A DNA stretch of 64,000 bases. It comes from the human T2T-CHM13v2.0 reference genome, Homo sapiens. Below, in pieces: positions 32,137-55,717 of the stretch (position 1 is the first letter of the stretch; every line of letters begins with the position of its first letter). The notes beneath the pieces were generated by a model that worked only from the letters and a program-made list of their open reading frames with translations, did no database searches and had not been told where the DNA came from. The stretch is taken from the NCBI RefSeq assembly GCF_009914755.1, contig NC_060931.1; one strand, written 5' to 3'. The translations under genes and the position numbers were made by a program.

Positions 32137-33809
32137 GTAGGAGGGCCCCTCTCCATCCAGAGCACCCATCTGAGTCAGCCCCAGCCAGGACGGGGTGTTT
32201 AGGGATCTGGGGTGACTTGTCCCTGGGACTCTGGGTAAGCCACTGCCCCTCTCTGGGCTTAGTTTCCATCTCAGTAGCAGGGAGGGATGAGCCCACCCTT
32301 GCCTGTCTTGTGGGGATCCAATGTCCTTGTCCAAGTGGGTGCATTTCTCCTTTGTGATTTAGGGTCTCTTCCCAACCATCTATTATTATTCCTTCTCTGG
32401 CAACATGGTGAACTGTTGTATAAATAATTACATTCCTAGCTAGGCGCAATGGCCCAGGCCTGTAATCCCAGCACTTTGGGAGCCCAGGGCAGGACGATCA
32501 CGTGAGGTCAGGAGTTCGAGACCACCCTGGCCAACATGGCAAAACCCTATCTCTACTAAAAACACAAACATGAGCCGGGTGTTGTGGTGGGAGCCTGTAA
32601 TCCCAGCTACTCGGGAGTCTGAGACAAGAGAATCGCTTCAACCCGGGAGGCGGAGGTTACAGTGAGCCAAGATCGCGCCATTGCACTCCAGCCTGGGCAA
32701 CGAGAGCGAAACTCCGTCTCAAAAAAAAAAAAAAAAAAAAGATTACTTTCTTTTTATCATTCCTTTATCTTTTAAAGCTTTCTTGCAGTCAGGTGCAGTG
32801 TCTCATGCCTGTAATCCCAACACTTTGGGAAGCTGAGGTGGGAGGATCACTCAAGGCTACAAGTTCAAGACCAACCTGGGCAATGTAGGGAGACCTCTGT
32901 CTCTACAAAAAAAATTAAAAAATAGCTGGATGTGGTAGCACACACCTGTAGCCCCAGCTACTCAGGAGGCTGAGGTGAAAGGATCACTTGACCCCAGGAG
33001 TTGGAGGCTGCAGTGAGCTATGACTGCACCACTGCACCCCAGCCTGGGTGATGGAGCAAGACCCTGTCTCAAAAAAAAAAAAAAAAAAAAAAAAGCTTCC
33101 ATTGCAATTCCCATCTGTTTATCCTCCAAATGAATGCAGAAATACTAATTATCTTTTTTCTGGTTCTGGGGAACACAGAATTCTAGCGGCTTGTGGAGCC
33201 ATTTCCCTGGAGCCATGGGGCCTCCCAGGTCCTTTCCTGTGTCTTCATTTTTTACGAATTTTTTCATTTTTTGAGACAGGATCTTGCTCTGACTCCCAGG
33301 CTGGAGCACAATCATCGCTCACTCAAGCGATCCTCCCACCTCAGGCTCCCACGTAGCTGGGACTACAGGTGAGCACCACCACATCTGGCTAATGTTTTTT
33401 AATTTTTTTGTAGGGGTGGGGTCTCACTATGGTGCCAAGACTAGTCTTAAACTCCTGGCCTCAAGAGTTCCTCCTGCCTTGGCCACCCAAAGCACTGGGA
33501 TTACAGGAATGAGCCTCCATGCTGGGCCTTTGCTGGCGTCTTCAGAGCCCTAGGTCACAGGGCCAGCCTGGCGCCCTGCCGCAAGCTTATCTTAAAGCTG
33601 GGACCACAACATGCATACCTGCAGCCGGGCCCGGGGCCAGAGGGCTTTGAGGCAGCATTTCTCAGCCTTTTAGACACACACTCTGTTAACCCCCATCCTG
33701 TGTCTCTGATAATCTTCTTGTGATCCTCCCACCAGCCAAGAATTGGGTTTTATGTGAACCTTGTATTATGCAAAGTTTTCTTTTGTTTTTTTTTTCACTC
33801 CCAAATATA

Positions 33810-34400
<591 letters not shown>

Positions 34401-34821
34401 CCAGTGTCTTCTTTTTTCTTTAATTTTTTCGGGAGGTAGAGATAGGGGTCTTGCTATGTTACCCAGGCTGATCTCCAACTCCTGGCCTCAAGCGATCCTC
34501 CCACCTAGATCCCTCAAAGTACTGGGATTACAGGCGTGAGCGACCGTGCCCTGCCCATTCTTGCCAATGTCTTATAGCAAATACCTGTCCCCTGCGGTGA
34601 CCTGGATCTGCTAACCTCCACCCCTGCCTAGACTGTGGAAGGATTGCTGGAAGGGTCTCAGTTGCACAGACCAGGAAACTGAGGCCCACAGAGGCAGGTG
34701 TCCGGTTGTTTGCAACCTCTCAGCCTGTGCTAACCCCAATTGTTCAGAGAGAGCCCTGAAACCCTCTCCTCTGGGCGCCCCCAGGTGACTGCCCCAGCCT
34801 CAAGGGCTGCCTCTGTTGCAG

Positions 34822-34926
34822 GAAAGACGACGTCACAGGCTACTTCCCGTCCATGTACCTGCAAAAGTCAGGGCAAGACGTGTCCCAGGCCCAACGCCAG
34901 ATCAAGCGGGGGGCGCCGCCCCGCAG
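34822..34926 (+). pseudogene. NCF1B: NCF1-copy exon 9 (105 nt)
   Basis: tgcag|GAAAG...CGCAG|gtaagc; [34 protein letters not shown]. Confidence 0.95.
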
Positions 34927-35396
34927 GTAAGCGGGGGTCCCCGGGGCTGGGCGGGGTCGAGCGGGGCGCACCACGGGTTCGCTCTGTCTAGGCCATAGCT
35001 TGGCAGTGCCGGGGCGGGGGCTCTCAGCCTGGCAGGAGAGGCAGGACCCTCACGGGGGAAAGGGGCTGGACGCGCCTGGCCGCGGTGTGGGGCTGGCACG
35101 GGGGCGGAAGGAAAGCGGCGATGCCCGGGGGCTTTGGGGATGGGCAGTCCAGGGGGGCTCCCCGGAGAGGGGGACGACAGACCGAAGGCTGGTGAGGGGC
35201 GTGGAAAACCGCCCAGGCTCTGCTGCAGGGCAAGGGTCCTTGTCGTGACGGGGGCAGCCGCCTCTTGTCCCGCCGGGGTCGTGCAGACTACCGGCCCCCT
35301 ACTGCCCCCCACTTCCTCGGACCAGGGGTGCCCATCTGAGTCCCTGGGGGCAGGGGCGCCCTCGGGCTTTGACGACGCCCCGTCCCGCTGGGCCAG

Positions 35397-35542
35397 GTCG
35401 TCCATCCGCAACGTGCACAGCATCCACCAGCGGTCGCGGAAGCGCCTCAGCCAGGACGCCTATCGCCGCAACAGCGTCCGTTTTCTGCAGCAGCGACGCC
35501 GCCAGGCGCGGCCGGGACCGCAGAGCCCCGGGAGCCCGCTCG
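35397..35542 (+). pseudogene. NCF1B: NCF1-copy exon 10 (146 nt; autoinhibitory region, Val308)
   Basis: gccag|GTCGT...GCTCG|gtgagt; [29 protein letters not shown]... Confidence 0.95.
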
Positions 35543-35876
35543 GTGAGTGCAGCGGGAGAGGGCAGGAAGGGCAAGCCCTAGGGGCGGAGTCAGCGGGAGA
35601 GGCGGGGCCAGAGGTAGGGCCAGAGTAGCGGGGCGGGACCAGAGGGCGGAATCAGAGGGAGAGGCGGGGACTGGAGGCGGGGGCAGAGGAGGAGCCAGCG
35701 CTAGGGGGCGGAGCGATCCCTAAGAGGCGGAGTCAGAGGGAGAGGCACAAGCGGGAGGCGAGGCCAGAGCGCGGAGCAGGAGTTGGAGACCGCGGCGGGG
35801 CGAGGCCAGAGAGCGCTGTGGGCGGGGCCAGTGTGCGGGGCGGGGCGTCTGACTCGGCCCCGCTCTCTGCCCGCAG

Positions 35877-36155
35877 AGGAGGAGCGGCAGACGCAGCGCT
35901 CTAAACCGCAGCCGGCGGTGCCCCCGCGGCCGAGCGCCGACCTCATCCTGAACCGCTGCAGCGAGAGCACCAAGCGGAAGCTGGCGTCTGCCGTCTGAGG
36001 CTGGAGCGCAGTCCCCAGCTAGCGTCTCGGCCCTTGCCGCCCCGTGCCTGTATATACGTGTTCTATAGAGCCTGGCGTCTGGACGCCGAGGGCAGCCCCG
36101 ACCCCTGTCCAGCGCGGCTCCCGCCACCCTCAATAAATGTTGCTTGGAGTGGACC
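35877..36155 (+). pseudogene. NCF1B: NCF1-copy exon 11 (proline-rich region; TGA 35996-35998; 3'UTR)
   Basis: cgcag|AGGAG; [40 protein letters not shown]. Confidence 0.93.
36132..36137 (+). terminator. NCF1-copy polyadenylation signal AATAAA
   Basis: AATAAA ~135 nt after the stop codon. Confidence 0.85.
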
Positions 36156-36505
36156 GAGGCTCTGCAGGAATGCAGGGAGGGCCGGGCTCCGCCCCAGGGT
36201 TATTTCTAAGTTGAGGACAGGAGGTTGTGAGTTCTGCTGGGGGGAAGTTGCAAGAGCCGAGGTCTGGTTGCATGTTGCCCTGGTCTTGGCCAAGAACAGG
36301 TTTGCACAAGGCCAAGTTCAAGAGGAACTCCCGGTTTCCTGCTGACCGTTTGGTCAGAAACCACCTGCTTGGACTCTGGCGGAAGAGTCCTGAAGATGGG
36401 TGCACACAGTGCAGCAGGGCAGCCCTGTCTCATGGCAGGAGACAGGCTGCCGTCCAGGGTGTAGGAGTGACCTCATAGCTGGGATAAAAAATATATTATA
36501 ACTTA

Positions 36506-36972
<467 letters not shown>

Positions 36973-37459
36973 GTAACTTAGGTGCAGGGTGTCCTCTGTT
37001 ATTCACTGAGACCGTGCCCCGGTTATGAGGTTGTACCAGAAAGCAAGTATTCACTATGCACACTATTCACCGCTCACCCTAGCATTGAAGCCAGCCTGTA
37101 GCCTGAAAGCCTTTGCTTTGAGGGCAGGTCTTTCCCCAAAATGCAGACACGAAGGTGCAAAGTGAAGCTGCCAGTCTTGCAAAAGATGTAACTTGTCACG
37201 AAGGCCACGAGTGGCAGGGAGAGCTGTCCCACATTTGCGGAAGTGGCTATGTGAGGACGGGGGAGGCGGGTCCCTTAGAGATAAGAGACAATCATAAGGG
37301 GAGATATCAGAGAAAATCGTAAGGGGAGCAGATGGTTGTCAAGAGAATAGGCTGACCATCGAAGGACTGGCAGAAGCTTTCAGAAAACCACTGGACGGCT
37401 GGGCACAGTGGCTTAGGCCTGTAATCCCAGCACTTTGGGAGGCTGACGCGGGTGAATCA

Positions 37460-37675
<216 letters not shown>

Positions 37676-37935
37676 CTAAAAAAAAAAAGAAAAAAAAAGA
37701 AAACCACTGCAGCTCTAAACTAGTTCTGCATTTTTGCCGACCCTGGTTTGCTGGAAAAGCCCAGCACCAAAGGCTATCATACAAAGCTGTGGGAAATTGA
37801 ATCACCAACCTCACCCCTTCTGCTTGTTCAGTTGCAGTTATAACCCTTTTATTAAATACAGTATAAAATACCACGCCTCTAATCCGAGTGCTCTGGGAGG
37901 CCAAGGTGGAAGGATTGCTTGGGGCAGGGAGTTCA

Positions 37936-38124
<189 letters not shown>

Positions 38125-38852
38125 TTAAAAAAAAAACAAATTAAGGCCAGCCACAGTGTTTCACGCCTGTAATCCCAGCACTTTGGGAGGCCGAGGCAGG
38201 CGGATGACTTGAGGCCAGGAGTTCGAGACCAGCTTGGCCAACATGGTGAAAGCTTGTCTCTGCTAAAAATACAACAACAACAAAAAAATTAGCCGGGTGT
38301 GGTGGTACACGTCTGTAATCCCAGGTACTCAGGAGGCTGAGGCGGAAGAATCACTTGAACCCGGGAGGCAGAGGTTACAGTGAGCCGAGATCACGCCACC
38401 ACACTCCAGCCTGGGCGACAGAGCATGACTCTGTCTCAAAAATAAATAAATAAATAAATAAAAATTAAAAAAAATACATACATATAAAAAAGAAGACAAA
38501 ATACTTATTTTCATGATTGTTTCATTTTTTTCCAAGCTGAGGTCCTGACCAAATGTTTCCCCGTGGTTTTTGTATATTTCTGATCCCCTTAAAGTGGCCC
38601 TTGCAGCGTGCTGGGGAGGAGGCCTCTCGGTGGGTGGGTGATTGGGAAGCCACGCCCACAGGGAAGGGAGAAAAAAACTGAAGTTGCCTGCTCTAAGGGC
38701 TGCACCTCTGTTTAGCCAACAATTTTCTTGAGGCCAGTCATAGTGCTGGGCTCATTCCATCATCTCCAGTTCTGAGACCAACACTGTCTGGTAGGTGTTT
38801 TATGGATGAGGAAACCAAAGCTCATAAAATTAATTAAGTGGTTTGCTTATGA

Positions 38853-39121
<269 letters not shown>

Positions 39122-39248
39122 TGAACTCCTGACCTCAGGTAATCCGCCTGCCTTGGCCTTCCAAAGTGGTGGGATTACAGGCATGAGCCACTGCGGCTGG
39201 CCCAGGCTTTTCTTTTTGATTCTAAGGCCTTCCAGATCCAGTACTTTA

Positions 39249-39920
<672 letters not shown>

Positions 39921-40238
39921 TCAGTCATTCCCACAGTCTCAACTCAGTCCTATGAGTGACAGTGCATGTCAGTGGCCATCATATCTCAAGCCATCCTGGT
40001 CCCAACACACATTCCTGGGGCCTTGGGAATTGATTCAAAGCAGAACAGCTTCATGAATGGTCCGGCCAACAGGAGGCAGCTTAGGCTGAGCCCTACTGTC
40101 CCCTCCCTATCATCTGATTGGTGGACCACCAGGGAGCCACACACATGACAGATGATGAGGGCAGAGGCTGCATGACAGATACCTGCTGGGTCTCCATGTC
40201 AGGCACAGTGGCTGCTTAGGAATGAAGCACATGGGTCA

Positions 40239-40614
<376 letters not shown>

Positions 40615-41102
40615 TTAGCCACTCTGAGCTTCAGCTTCCCGTCTATGAAAGGGGGCTGCTCTGGTCCTGCTGCTCGGCCACACCTCTGATATGTGGTGTG
40701 AACGAGTGCTCACTTCCACCAAGACCTGGACTCCCCTCCAACTCCCGTTATAAACCAGCCTATCTGGGATTCCTTCTCCAAAAGAGCGCTGAGCTTGCCA
40801 GAGCCAGCTGTACCTGAAGTCAACGACAGGAACTGCCTGGAGTGGGGTCATTTCCCTGTGTCTAAGGATAGGCACCTGGGCTCCAACTGGGCTCCTGGCC
40901 TGGGGGTTGCTCTCTCCCTCCTGCACCCCCTGTCATTTTTATCAAAGTCCTTTTCTCCATTGCTTCCTGAGTGGGTCATTAGGTGGAGATCCACAGCCTT
41001 CCTCCACGCTGGTCGCGTGAATTCCCCCAATCTGGAAAGTATTCACAATTTTGTGTCACTAATTCCAGTGACTAATAGAGATTACACACACACACACCTT
41101 CA

Positions 41103-42214
<1,112 letters not shown>

Positions 42215-42265
42215 TAAACCTTAACTTACTTTGTCTAACTTTTATAGACAAAGTCTACGTTATTT

Positions 42266-42337
42266 GCTCTGGGGCTTTCCATTTTAAACCTGACCTTTCT
42301 GGCTCTGGGTTTTTCCATTTTAAACCTGACCTTTCTG
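42266..42337 (+). repeat. 36-bp tandem duplication (2 mismatches)
   Basis: gctctggg(gc/tt)tttccattttaaacctgacctttctg x2. Confidence 0.9.
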
Positions 42338-42476
42338 GTTCCAGGTGAAGGCAGAGACAGATAAAATAGGATTATTGTATGTCAGTATGTTTTCAACTAT
42401 TTCTCCTGAAACTTGGAAACGTATTAGACCATGTGGGATACCACGCGGACGGGAACGGGGGATAAATGTGTGTTCA

Positions 42477-42857
<381 letters not shown>

Positions 42858-42978
42858 TTAAACTTCAAGATGCCAACTACAGTGCCTATCAGGGTGGCAG
42901 GCAGGTAATGTGAATGAATGAAACAAGCCAGGCATAAGAAAAGTCAACTACCAATAATACAATAAAACTTTCTTGATT

Positions 42979-42984
42979 TTTAAT
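42979..42984 (-). terminator. Candidate polyadenylation signal ATTAAA for the GTF2IRD2 copy
   Basis: tttaat on + strand, ~440 nt past the stop, beyond an antisense Alu in the 3'UTR. Confidence 0.5.
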
Positions 42985-43088
42985 GAATAGTGAGGCATAC
43001 AATGTAATATAAACAAGTATGATACTGCAGATTATATTTCTGATTCAAAGTGGAAAAAAAACTGAAAAAAAAAAAGTTTAAGAACTCA

Positions 43089-45078
<1,990 letters not shown>

Positions 45079-45278
45079 CTTTTGACAGAGACAGGGAGAC
45101 AAAGATATTTCACTTTTCTCTTATCACTACTATGAGGAAAACAACAGCAAATGCTTGATGACGCACGAGAGGGAGGAAGCGGGGCGGGGCAGGGCGTGGT
45201 TAACAGGAGGGTGACCCACCCTGCAGAGGGACGGCTGACCATCAACTCCAGCAAACCGCTGCCAGGACGCCAGCTGTG

Positions 45279-46050
<772 letters not shown>

Positions 46051-46611
46051 CAGGAATTATTTGATAATATGTTTGCATTTTCTTTTTAGAGACAGGGTCT
46101 TGTTCTGTCACCCAGGCTGGAGTGTAGTATTGCAATTATGGTTCTCTGCTGTCTCAAACTCCTGGGTTTAAGTGATCCTCCTGCTTTAGCCTGCCAAGTA
46201 GCTGGGGCTACAGGTGTGAGCCACTGTGTCCAGCTAATTTTTAAATTTTTTGTAGAGATGGGGTCTTGCTATGTTGCCCAGGCTGGTCTCAAACTCCTGG
46301 CCTCAAGCAATCCTCTTGCCTTGGCCTCCAAAAGTCCTGGGATTATAGGTGTGAGCATTTTAATATATTTTCTCATTTGATTCCCAAGAAAACTTTGTAA
46401 TAACAGAGATGGGAATGAGCACAGAAAGGCATATGATTTTTACCTACTGTGAGTCTCAAATGACAAGGGTGACGGCCACAGATCCACACAAAACTCATTC
46501 ATATAAGTGTGTTCGAGTGTACAGGGGCTAGTGTTTTAGATTTAAAGAACCTGGCCACGCTGCAGGTAATCAAGGTATTTCCAGAGTACACACACATAAA
46601 AGTGCACCTTA

Positions 46612-46898
<287 letters not shown>

Positions 46899-46945
46899 CT
46901 AAAAAACCCCAATAATAATACAATAAATAAATAAAGATATTATAA

Positions 46946-47266
<321 letters not shown>

Positions 47267-47460
47267 TGATCCGCCCGCCTCGGCCTCCCAAAGTGCTGGG
47301 ATTACAGGTGTGAGTCACCGCGCCCAGCCTACTTTGGTTTTCAAATGTTACATTAGGAGGTTCCCTGGTGACTCATGCTCGTGAGAACACCTCTCCGTAT
47401 TCTACTTGACAGGATACTGACTCACTTGCAAGGGCTCCGGGGAAGACATTAAGAATATTT

Positions 47461-47650
47461 AACAGGGTGGGGGCGGGTAGGGGGAGGGAGAGCATCAGGA
47501 AGAATAGCTAATGCATGCTGGGCTTAACACCTAGGTGATGGGTTGATAGGTGCAGCAAATCACCATGGCACACATTTACCTATGTAACAAACCTGCACAT
47601 CCTGAACATGGACCCTAGAACTTAAAATAAAAGTTGAAGGGGAAAAAAAA
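47461..47650 (+). mobile_element. 5'-truncated L1P 3'UTR (~190 bp) with TSD
   Basis: gggagagcatcaggaagaatagctaatgcatgctgggcttaa...tatgtaacaaacctgcacatcctg...cttaaaataaa; flanked by agaatattt at 47452 and 47652. Confidence 0.85.
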
Positions 47651-48787
47651 GAGAATATTTCAGAAGCAGAGTGCCTGGGCATTGCTCAATCAGAACAGAT
47701 GCTGAGCCAGGTGCAGTGGCTTACATCTGTAATCCCAGCAGTTTGGGAGACCAAGGAGGGTGGATCACTTGAGGTCACGAGTTTGAGACCAGCCTGGCCA
47801 ACATGGCTAAACCCTGTCTCTACTAAAAAATACAAAAAGTAGCTGGATGTGGCGGCACGCACCTGTAATCCCAGCTAATCGGAAGGCTGAGGCAGAGAAT
47901 CGCTTGAACCCGGGAGGCGGAGGTTGCAGTGAGCCGAGATCTTGCCACTGCACTCCAGCCTGGGTGAGAGAGCGAGACTCTGTCTCAAAAAAAAAAAAGA
48001 ACAGATGCTAGTCTCAGCACTGGAAGGGTTCTAGGGGCCTCTGCTGTGCCAGGTGGAACTCCTTTTGCTTCAGCACTGTAGGGAGGTCAAGCCACGGTCG
48101 GAGGGTACTAGGGTGGGACTGCATGGCCAGGCAGGCACTATTTACCAACACAGAGGAGATCGGTACTGTGATCCTGAGTGCAGCTGTGCGGGTGGCCTCA
48201 GGGGAGCCCCCACCACAAAGCACACTTGAATAGTGTGCCACATCAGCCATGCGTGGTGGCTCATGCCCGTAATCCCAGCACTTTGAAAGGTGGAGGCGGG
48301 CGGATCCCTTGAGGTCAGAAGTTCGAGACCAGCCTGGCCAACATGGCAAAACCCCATCTCTACTAAAAATACAAAAATTAGCCAGGCGTGGTGGCACACG
48401 CCTATAGTCCCAGCTACTCGGGAGGCTGAGGCAGGAGAATCACTTGAACCTGGGAGGCGGAGGTTGTGTGGTGAGCCGAGATTGTGCTGCACTCTAGCCT
48501 GGGTGACAGAGCGAGACTCTGTCTCCAAAAAAAAAAAAAAAGAGTGCGCCACATCACACGTCACACTCATGGTGTGATATAGATCACTCTCCTTCAGACT
48601 GGTTAATCAAACTCAAGTAACAGAGTTATCTAACTTTATCACATGCAGGAAAAATAAAGCATGCATCGAAGGCTGCATACTTGGGTCCCAGGCTCACGGA
48701 AGCAAAAACCCCGTGGTGAGCGCCCACCAAGACACTTCCCATGGCCCAACATTGCCGGAACGTTCTTCTCACCTGTAGAATACTCAC

Positions 48788-48816
48788 CATTACTGAGCTC
48801 AAGCCCTGGAAGCGGC
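48788..48816 (-). pseudogene. GTF2IRD2P1: GTF2IRD2-copy 29-nt exon (PLPGLELSN)
   Basis: cttcag|GCCGC...TAATG|gtgagt; paralog of the 29-nt exon at 2318-2346. Confidence 0.88.
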
Positions 48817-48877
48817 CTGAAGAGAAAGACACATTGATAAATGCGACAAGCTCACGTTTCCTCTTTTGCCCACTTAG

Positions 48878-49123
<246 letters not shown>

Positions 49124-49126
49124 TAG

Positions 49127-49349
<223 letters not shown>

Positions 49350-50099
49350 TAGCTGGGATTACAGGCACGTACCACTACACCCAGCTAATGTTTATTTTTA
49401 GTAGAGATGGAGTTTCACCATGTTGGCCAGGCTGGTCTCAAACTCCTGACCTCAAATGATCCACCTGCCTCAGCCTCCTAAAATGCTGGGATTACAGGCC
49501 TGAGCCACCATGCCCAGCCTATTTATTTATGTTTTGAGATGGAGGCTCATTCTGCTGCCCAGGCTGGAGTGCAGTGGTGCCATCTCAGGTCACTGCAACC
49601 TCCACCTCCCAGGTCAAGTGATTCTCACGCCTCAGCCTCCTGAGTAGCTGGTATTAGAGGCGCACGCCACCACACCCGACTAATGTTTGTATTTTCAGTA
49701 GCAACGGGGTTTCACCATGTTGGCCAGGCTTGCCTCATACTCCTGACCTCAGGCGATCTGGCCCGCCTCAGCCTCCCAAAGTGCTGGGATTACAGGCGTG
49801 AGCCACCGTGCCTGGCCCCACTTAGTTTTATTGGACAAATTTTTGCAGAGTGTTAACTCTACGCTAGGTGCTGGGTGAGCTAAAACTGGGACGGGCTGCC
49901 CATGATCACCGAGGAACAGGGACATGGACACATCTCAAGGAAGCAGAAGATGATGAAGTCAGTGTGAGAGGCAGCATGGCCCAGCGGTCAGCTGCGGGAA
50001 CAAACCCCCAGCCCAAGTCATGGGACAGACATTCCTGGGCAGCCACATGCCCACCTCGGGCAAGTCAGAGTCTCCAGATTCCTTCTCTTGACTCACTTA

Positions 50100-50381
<282 letters not shown>

Positions 50382-51072
50382 TCACTTGAGGCCAGGAGTT
50401 CGAGACCAGCCTGGCTAACATGGTGAAACCCTGTCTCTACTAAAAATACAAAAATTAGCTGGGCGTGGTGGCGCATGCCTGTAATCCCAGCCACATGGGA
50501 GGGACCCAGGAGGCAGAAGTTGCAGTGAGCCGAGATCGCCCCACTGCACTCCAGCCTGAGAGACAGAGCGAGACCCTGCCTCAAAACAAAACAACACAAA
50601 ACAAAACAACAAATTAAAAAAACAACAACACAAATAAAACTAGCTGAGTTTGTTCCTTACATTTCCTAAACCAGGATTTATCTTTAATGTCAGGATTTAG
50701 AAGCATCAAATGACAATACTTATGATCAGTCATTTTATTTTCCAGTGCTACTATGATGTGTGAATATAATTTTAAAAGTTTGGAATTAGCATGGGTAGTA
50801 GGCAAACTCAGTTTCTCCATCCATTACACAGGGTTATCATGGCGCCTACCTGAAAGGTTTTATGTAAGGATTAAATGATCAAACACATGTTGAGCACAAA
50901 AAATAATACACAAGGTAAGCACTCAGTAAAACAAAGATAGCTATTATTATTATTATTGTAATTAGTCAATGATACCATGCAAAAGCTCTTCTGTAAAAAG
51001 ACATATTGACTAATTTTTATCATAGCTCTTTCACAAAAAGATCAATTTCTTTTTTTTTTTTTTTTTTTTTGA

Positions 51073-51180
<108 letters not shown>

Positions 51181-51219
51181 TAGCTGGGATTACAGGTGTG
51201 CGCCACCACACCCGGCTAA

Positions 51220-51453
<234 letters not shown>

Positions 51454-51477
51454 TGATTCTCTAGCCTTAGCCTCCTA

Positions 51478-51678
<201 letters not shown>

Positions 51679-51939
51679 TTAAACAAATAAACAAACCAAG
51701 GTTATTAATGTATTTTCTCCCAAGAAAGCTGTTGGGAGAAATGCCTGTTAGCACCCGAGAAAGTGCTTTACCTGGATTGTTATTCAGTCTACTTTTAGCA
51801 ATAATTAAGCATCTTGGAAATTTGGAAATGGAAGCCATTACAGACAATAGAGAATTTTCCAAATTATAACCCTATATAAACATACTACATACTACTTTTA
51901 AGGAATATTTTCAATATCATACAAGACAAGGATGTTTAG

Positions 51940-52274
<335 letters not shown>

Positions 52275-53044
52275 TTAAAATAGAAATCTCAGCCAATGAA
52301 ATATGACAAGTAAAAGGAATAAGAGGTACTAGGATTAGAAGGTAAGGTATATTTTTATTTTCTTTCCTTTTTTTCCTCTCTTTTTTTTTTTGTTTGTTTT
52401 GTTTTGTTTTGTTTTGAGGCTGAGTTTTGCTCTTGTCACCCAGGCTGGAGTACAATGGTACAATCTTGGCTCACTGCAAACTCCTGGGTTCAAGCAATTC
52501 ACTGCACCCCTCCTGGGTTCAAGCAATTCTCCTGCCTCAGCCTCCCAAGTAGCTGGGATTACAGGCACCCACCACCACACCCAGCTGATTTTTGTATTTT
52601 TAGTAAAGATGGGGTTTCACCATGTTGGCCAGGCTGGTCTCGAACTCCTGACCTCAGGTGATCCACCTGCCTCAGCCTCCCAAAGTGCTGGGATTACAGG
52701 TGTGAGCCACCGCACCCGGTCTGTTTTTCTTTTCTTTTTGTTTTTTAGAGACAGAGTCTCACTGTGCTGTGCAGGCTGGTCTCAAACTCCTGGGCTCAAG
52801 TGATCCTCCTGCCTCAGCTTCCCAAAGTGCTGAGATTACAGGCACATGCCACCATGCCTGGTCCTTTTTTTTTGTTTTTATTTTTTAGATATTTTTCAAC
52901 ACTTTAAAACTTTATTTACTTTTGAATAACTAAAGCAATCACATGGCTCAACATTCAAGAGGAGTAATATACAGAAACATCTCAAACGTCTCTCTCCTAT
53001 CCCTATCTCAGCGGTCAGTTTCCTTCCCTGGAGGAACTATGTAA

Positions 53045-53365
<321 letters not shown>

Positions 53366-53738
53366 TAGCCCCCCAAAGTGCTGGGATTACAGGCGTAAGC
53401 CACCGTGCCCGGCCAGAAGATTGTTAATGATGAGCAACAAAACATTTCACCTCTGTGGCCAATTCCAATTCAACCATAGCTGGTGCTCCATGCTGCCTGC
53501 TCTGAGATGCATTTTCCAGGTAATGCCCGGGCTTGTCCAGGAGAAGCAAAATATCCGATTAATAATGTCTGATGTGAGCAAGATGCTCGTTGTGTAGCAA
53601 CTTGCAGAATATTTTATATTCCCAAAATGTCATTTCTTAGCTATCAGGGTGAACTAAGTGAAAAATGACAGGTCCAAGAGACCACCCTATGTCAAAAAAT
53701 AATTAAGACAAAAGGAAAAATGTAACATTAGTCCATAC

Positions 53739-53816
53739 CTGGAACAGTCACTTGAACGATGTTAAGATCTTCAACACCTGCTGCAGAATTTGTAACACTG
53801 GATGAATTTGTGTTTC
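53739..53816 (-). pseudogene. GTF2IRD2P1: GTF2IRD2-copy 78-nt exon (NTNSSSVTNSAAGVEDLNIVQVTVP)
   Basis: tttaag|GAAAC...TCCAG|gtatgg. Confidence 0.85.
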
Positions 53817-54024
53817 CTTAAAACAGAAGTTGAAGTTTAGAATTTACCAAGAATAAGACCAATTCTCCTTTAAATATGTCTAAGTGCTGCTTTGATCAGA
53901 AGCCCAGACTGAATTTTTTTTTTCTTTTTTTTTTTTTGAGACAGGTTCTTACTCTGTCATTCAGGCTGGAGTGCAGTGGTGTGATCCTAGCTCACTGCAT
54001 CCTCGACCTCCCATGGTCAAGTGA

Positions 54025-54302
<278 letters not shown>

Positions 54303-54325
54303 TGAGAACTCCTGACCTCAAGTGA

Positions 54326-54526
<201 letters not shown>

Positions 54527-54792
54527 TAAATCACACTTTCAACTTCACTTCCTTTAGATACTTGCACTTCAACTGAGTTCACCGGCTGCAGGCCTGCGGA
54601 GTTACCTTTGATATTTATCTGTCCACTCCAGTAGCAAAGGGGCTATGTCTGAGTGAATCGTCCTTTTCTTTCCATTCTCCCCCCTTATGTACCCTCAACC
54701 CTTCATTCTTTCCTCACGTGAACACAGCACAGTTGAGGCCCAGTTGTGGGTCAGTGCTAACGTGCAAGACTTAAAAAAAAAATTTTTTTTAA

Positions 54793-55192
<400 letters not shown>

Positions 55193-55477
55193 TGATCTGC
55201 CCACCTCAGCCTCCCAAAATGCTGGGATTACAGGCGTGAACCACTGTGCCTTGCCTAACTTTTTCTTAATGTTTACTTTTTGCAGAGATAGTCTCACTAT
55301 GTTGCCCAGTCTGATCTAGAACTCCAGGGTTCAAATGATCTTCTTGCCTTGGCCTCACAAAGTGCTGGGAATACAAGCATGCACCATCATGCCTAGTTAT
55401 TATTTTTCTTTTCTTTCTAATTTTTTTTTGCACAGCTAATTATGTTGTCTACAACACCTCAAAGCACTGGGCCCTAA

Positions 55478-55717
<240 letters not shown>

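Larger units (their letters stand above)
34890..36200. promoter_or_regulatory. 3' intragenic CpG island with GC-box/G-tract arrays
   Basis: Very high GC and CpG density across exons 9-11; many GGGGCGG motifs in intron 10. Confidence 0.75.
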
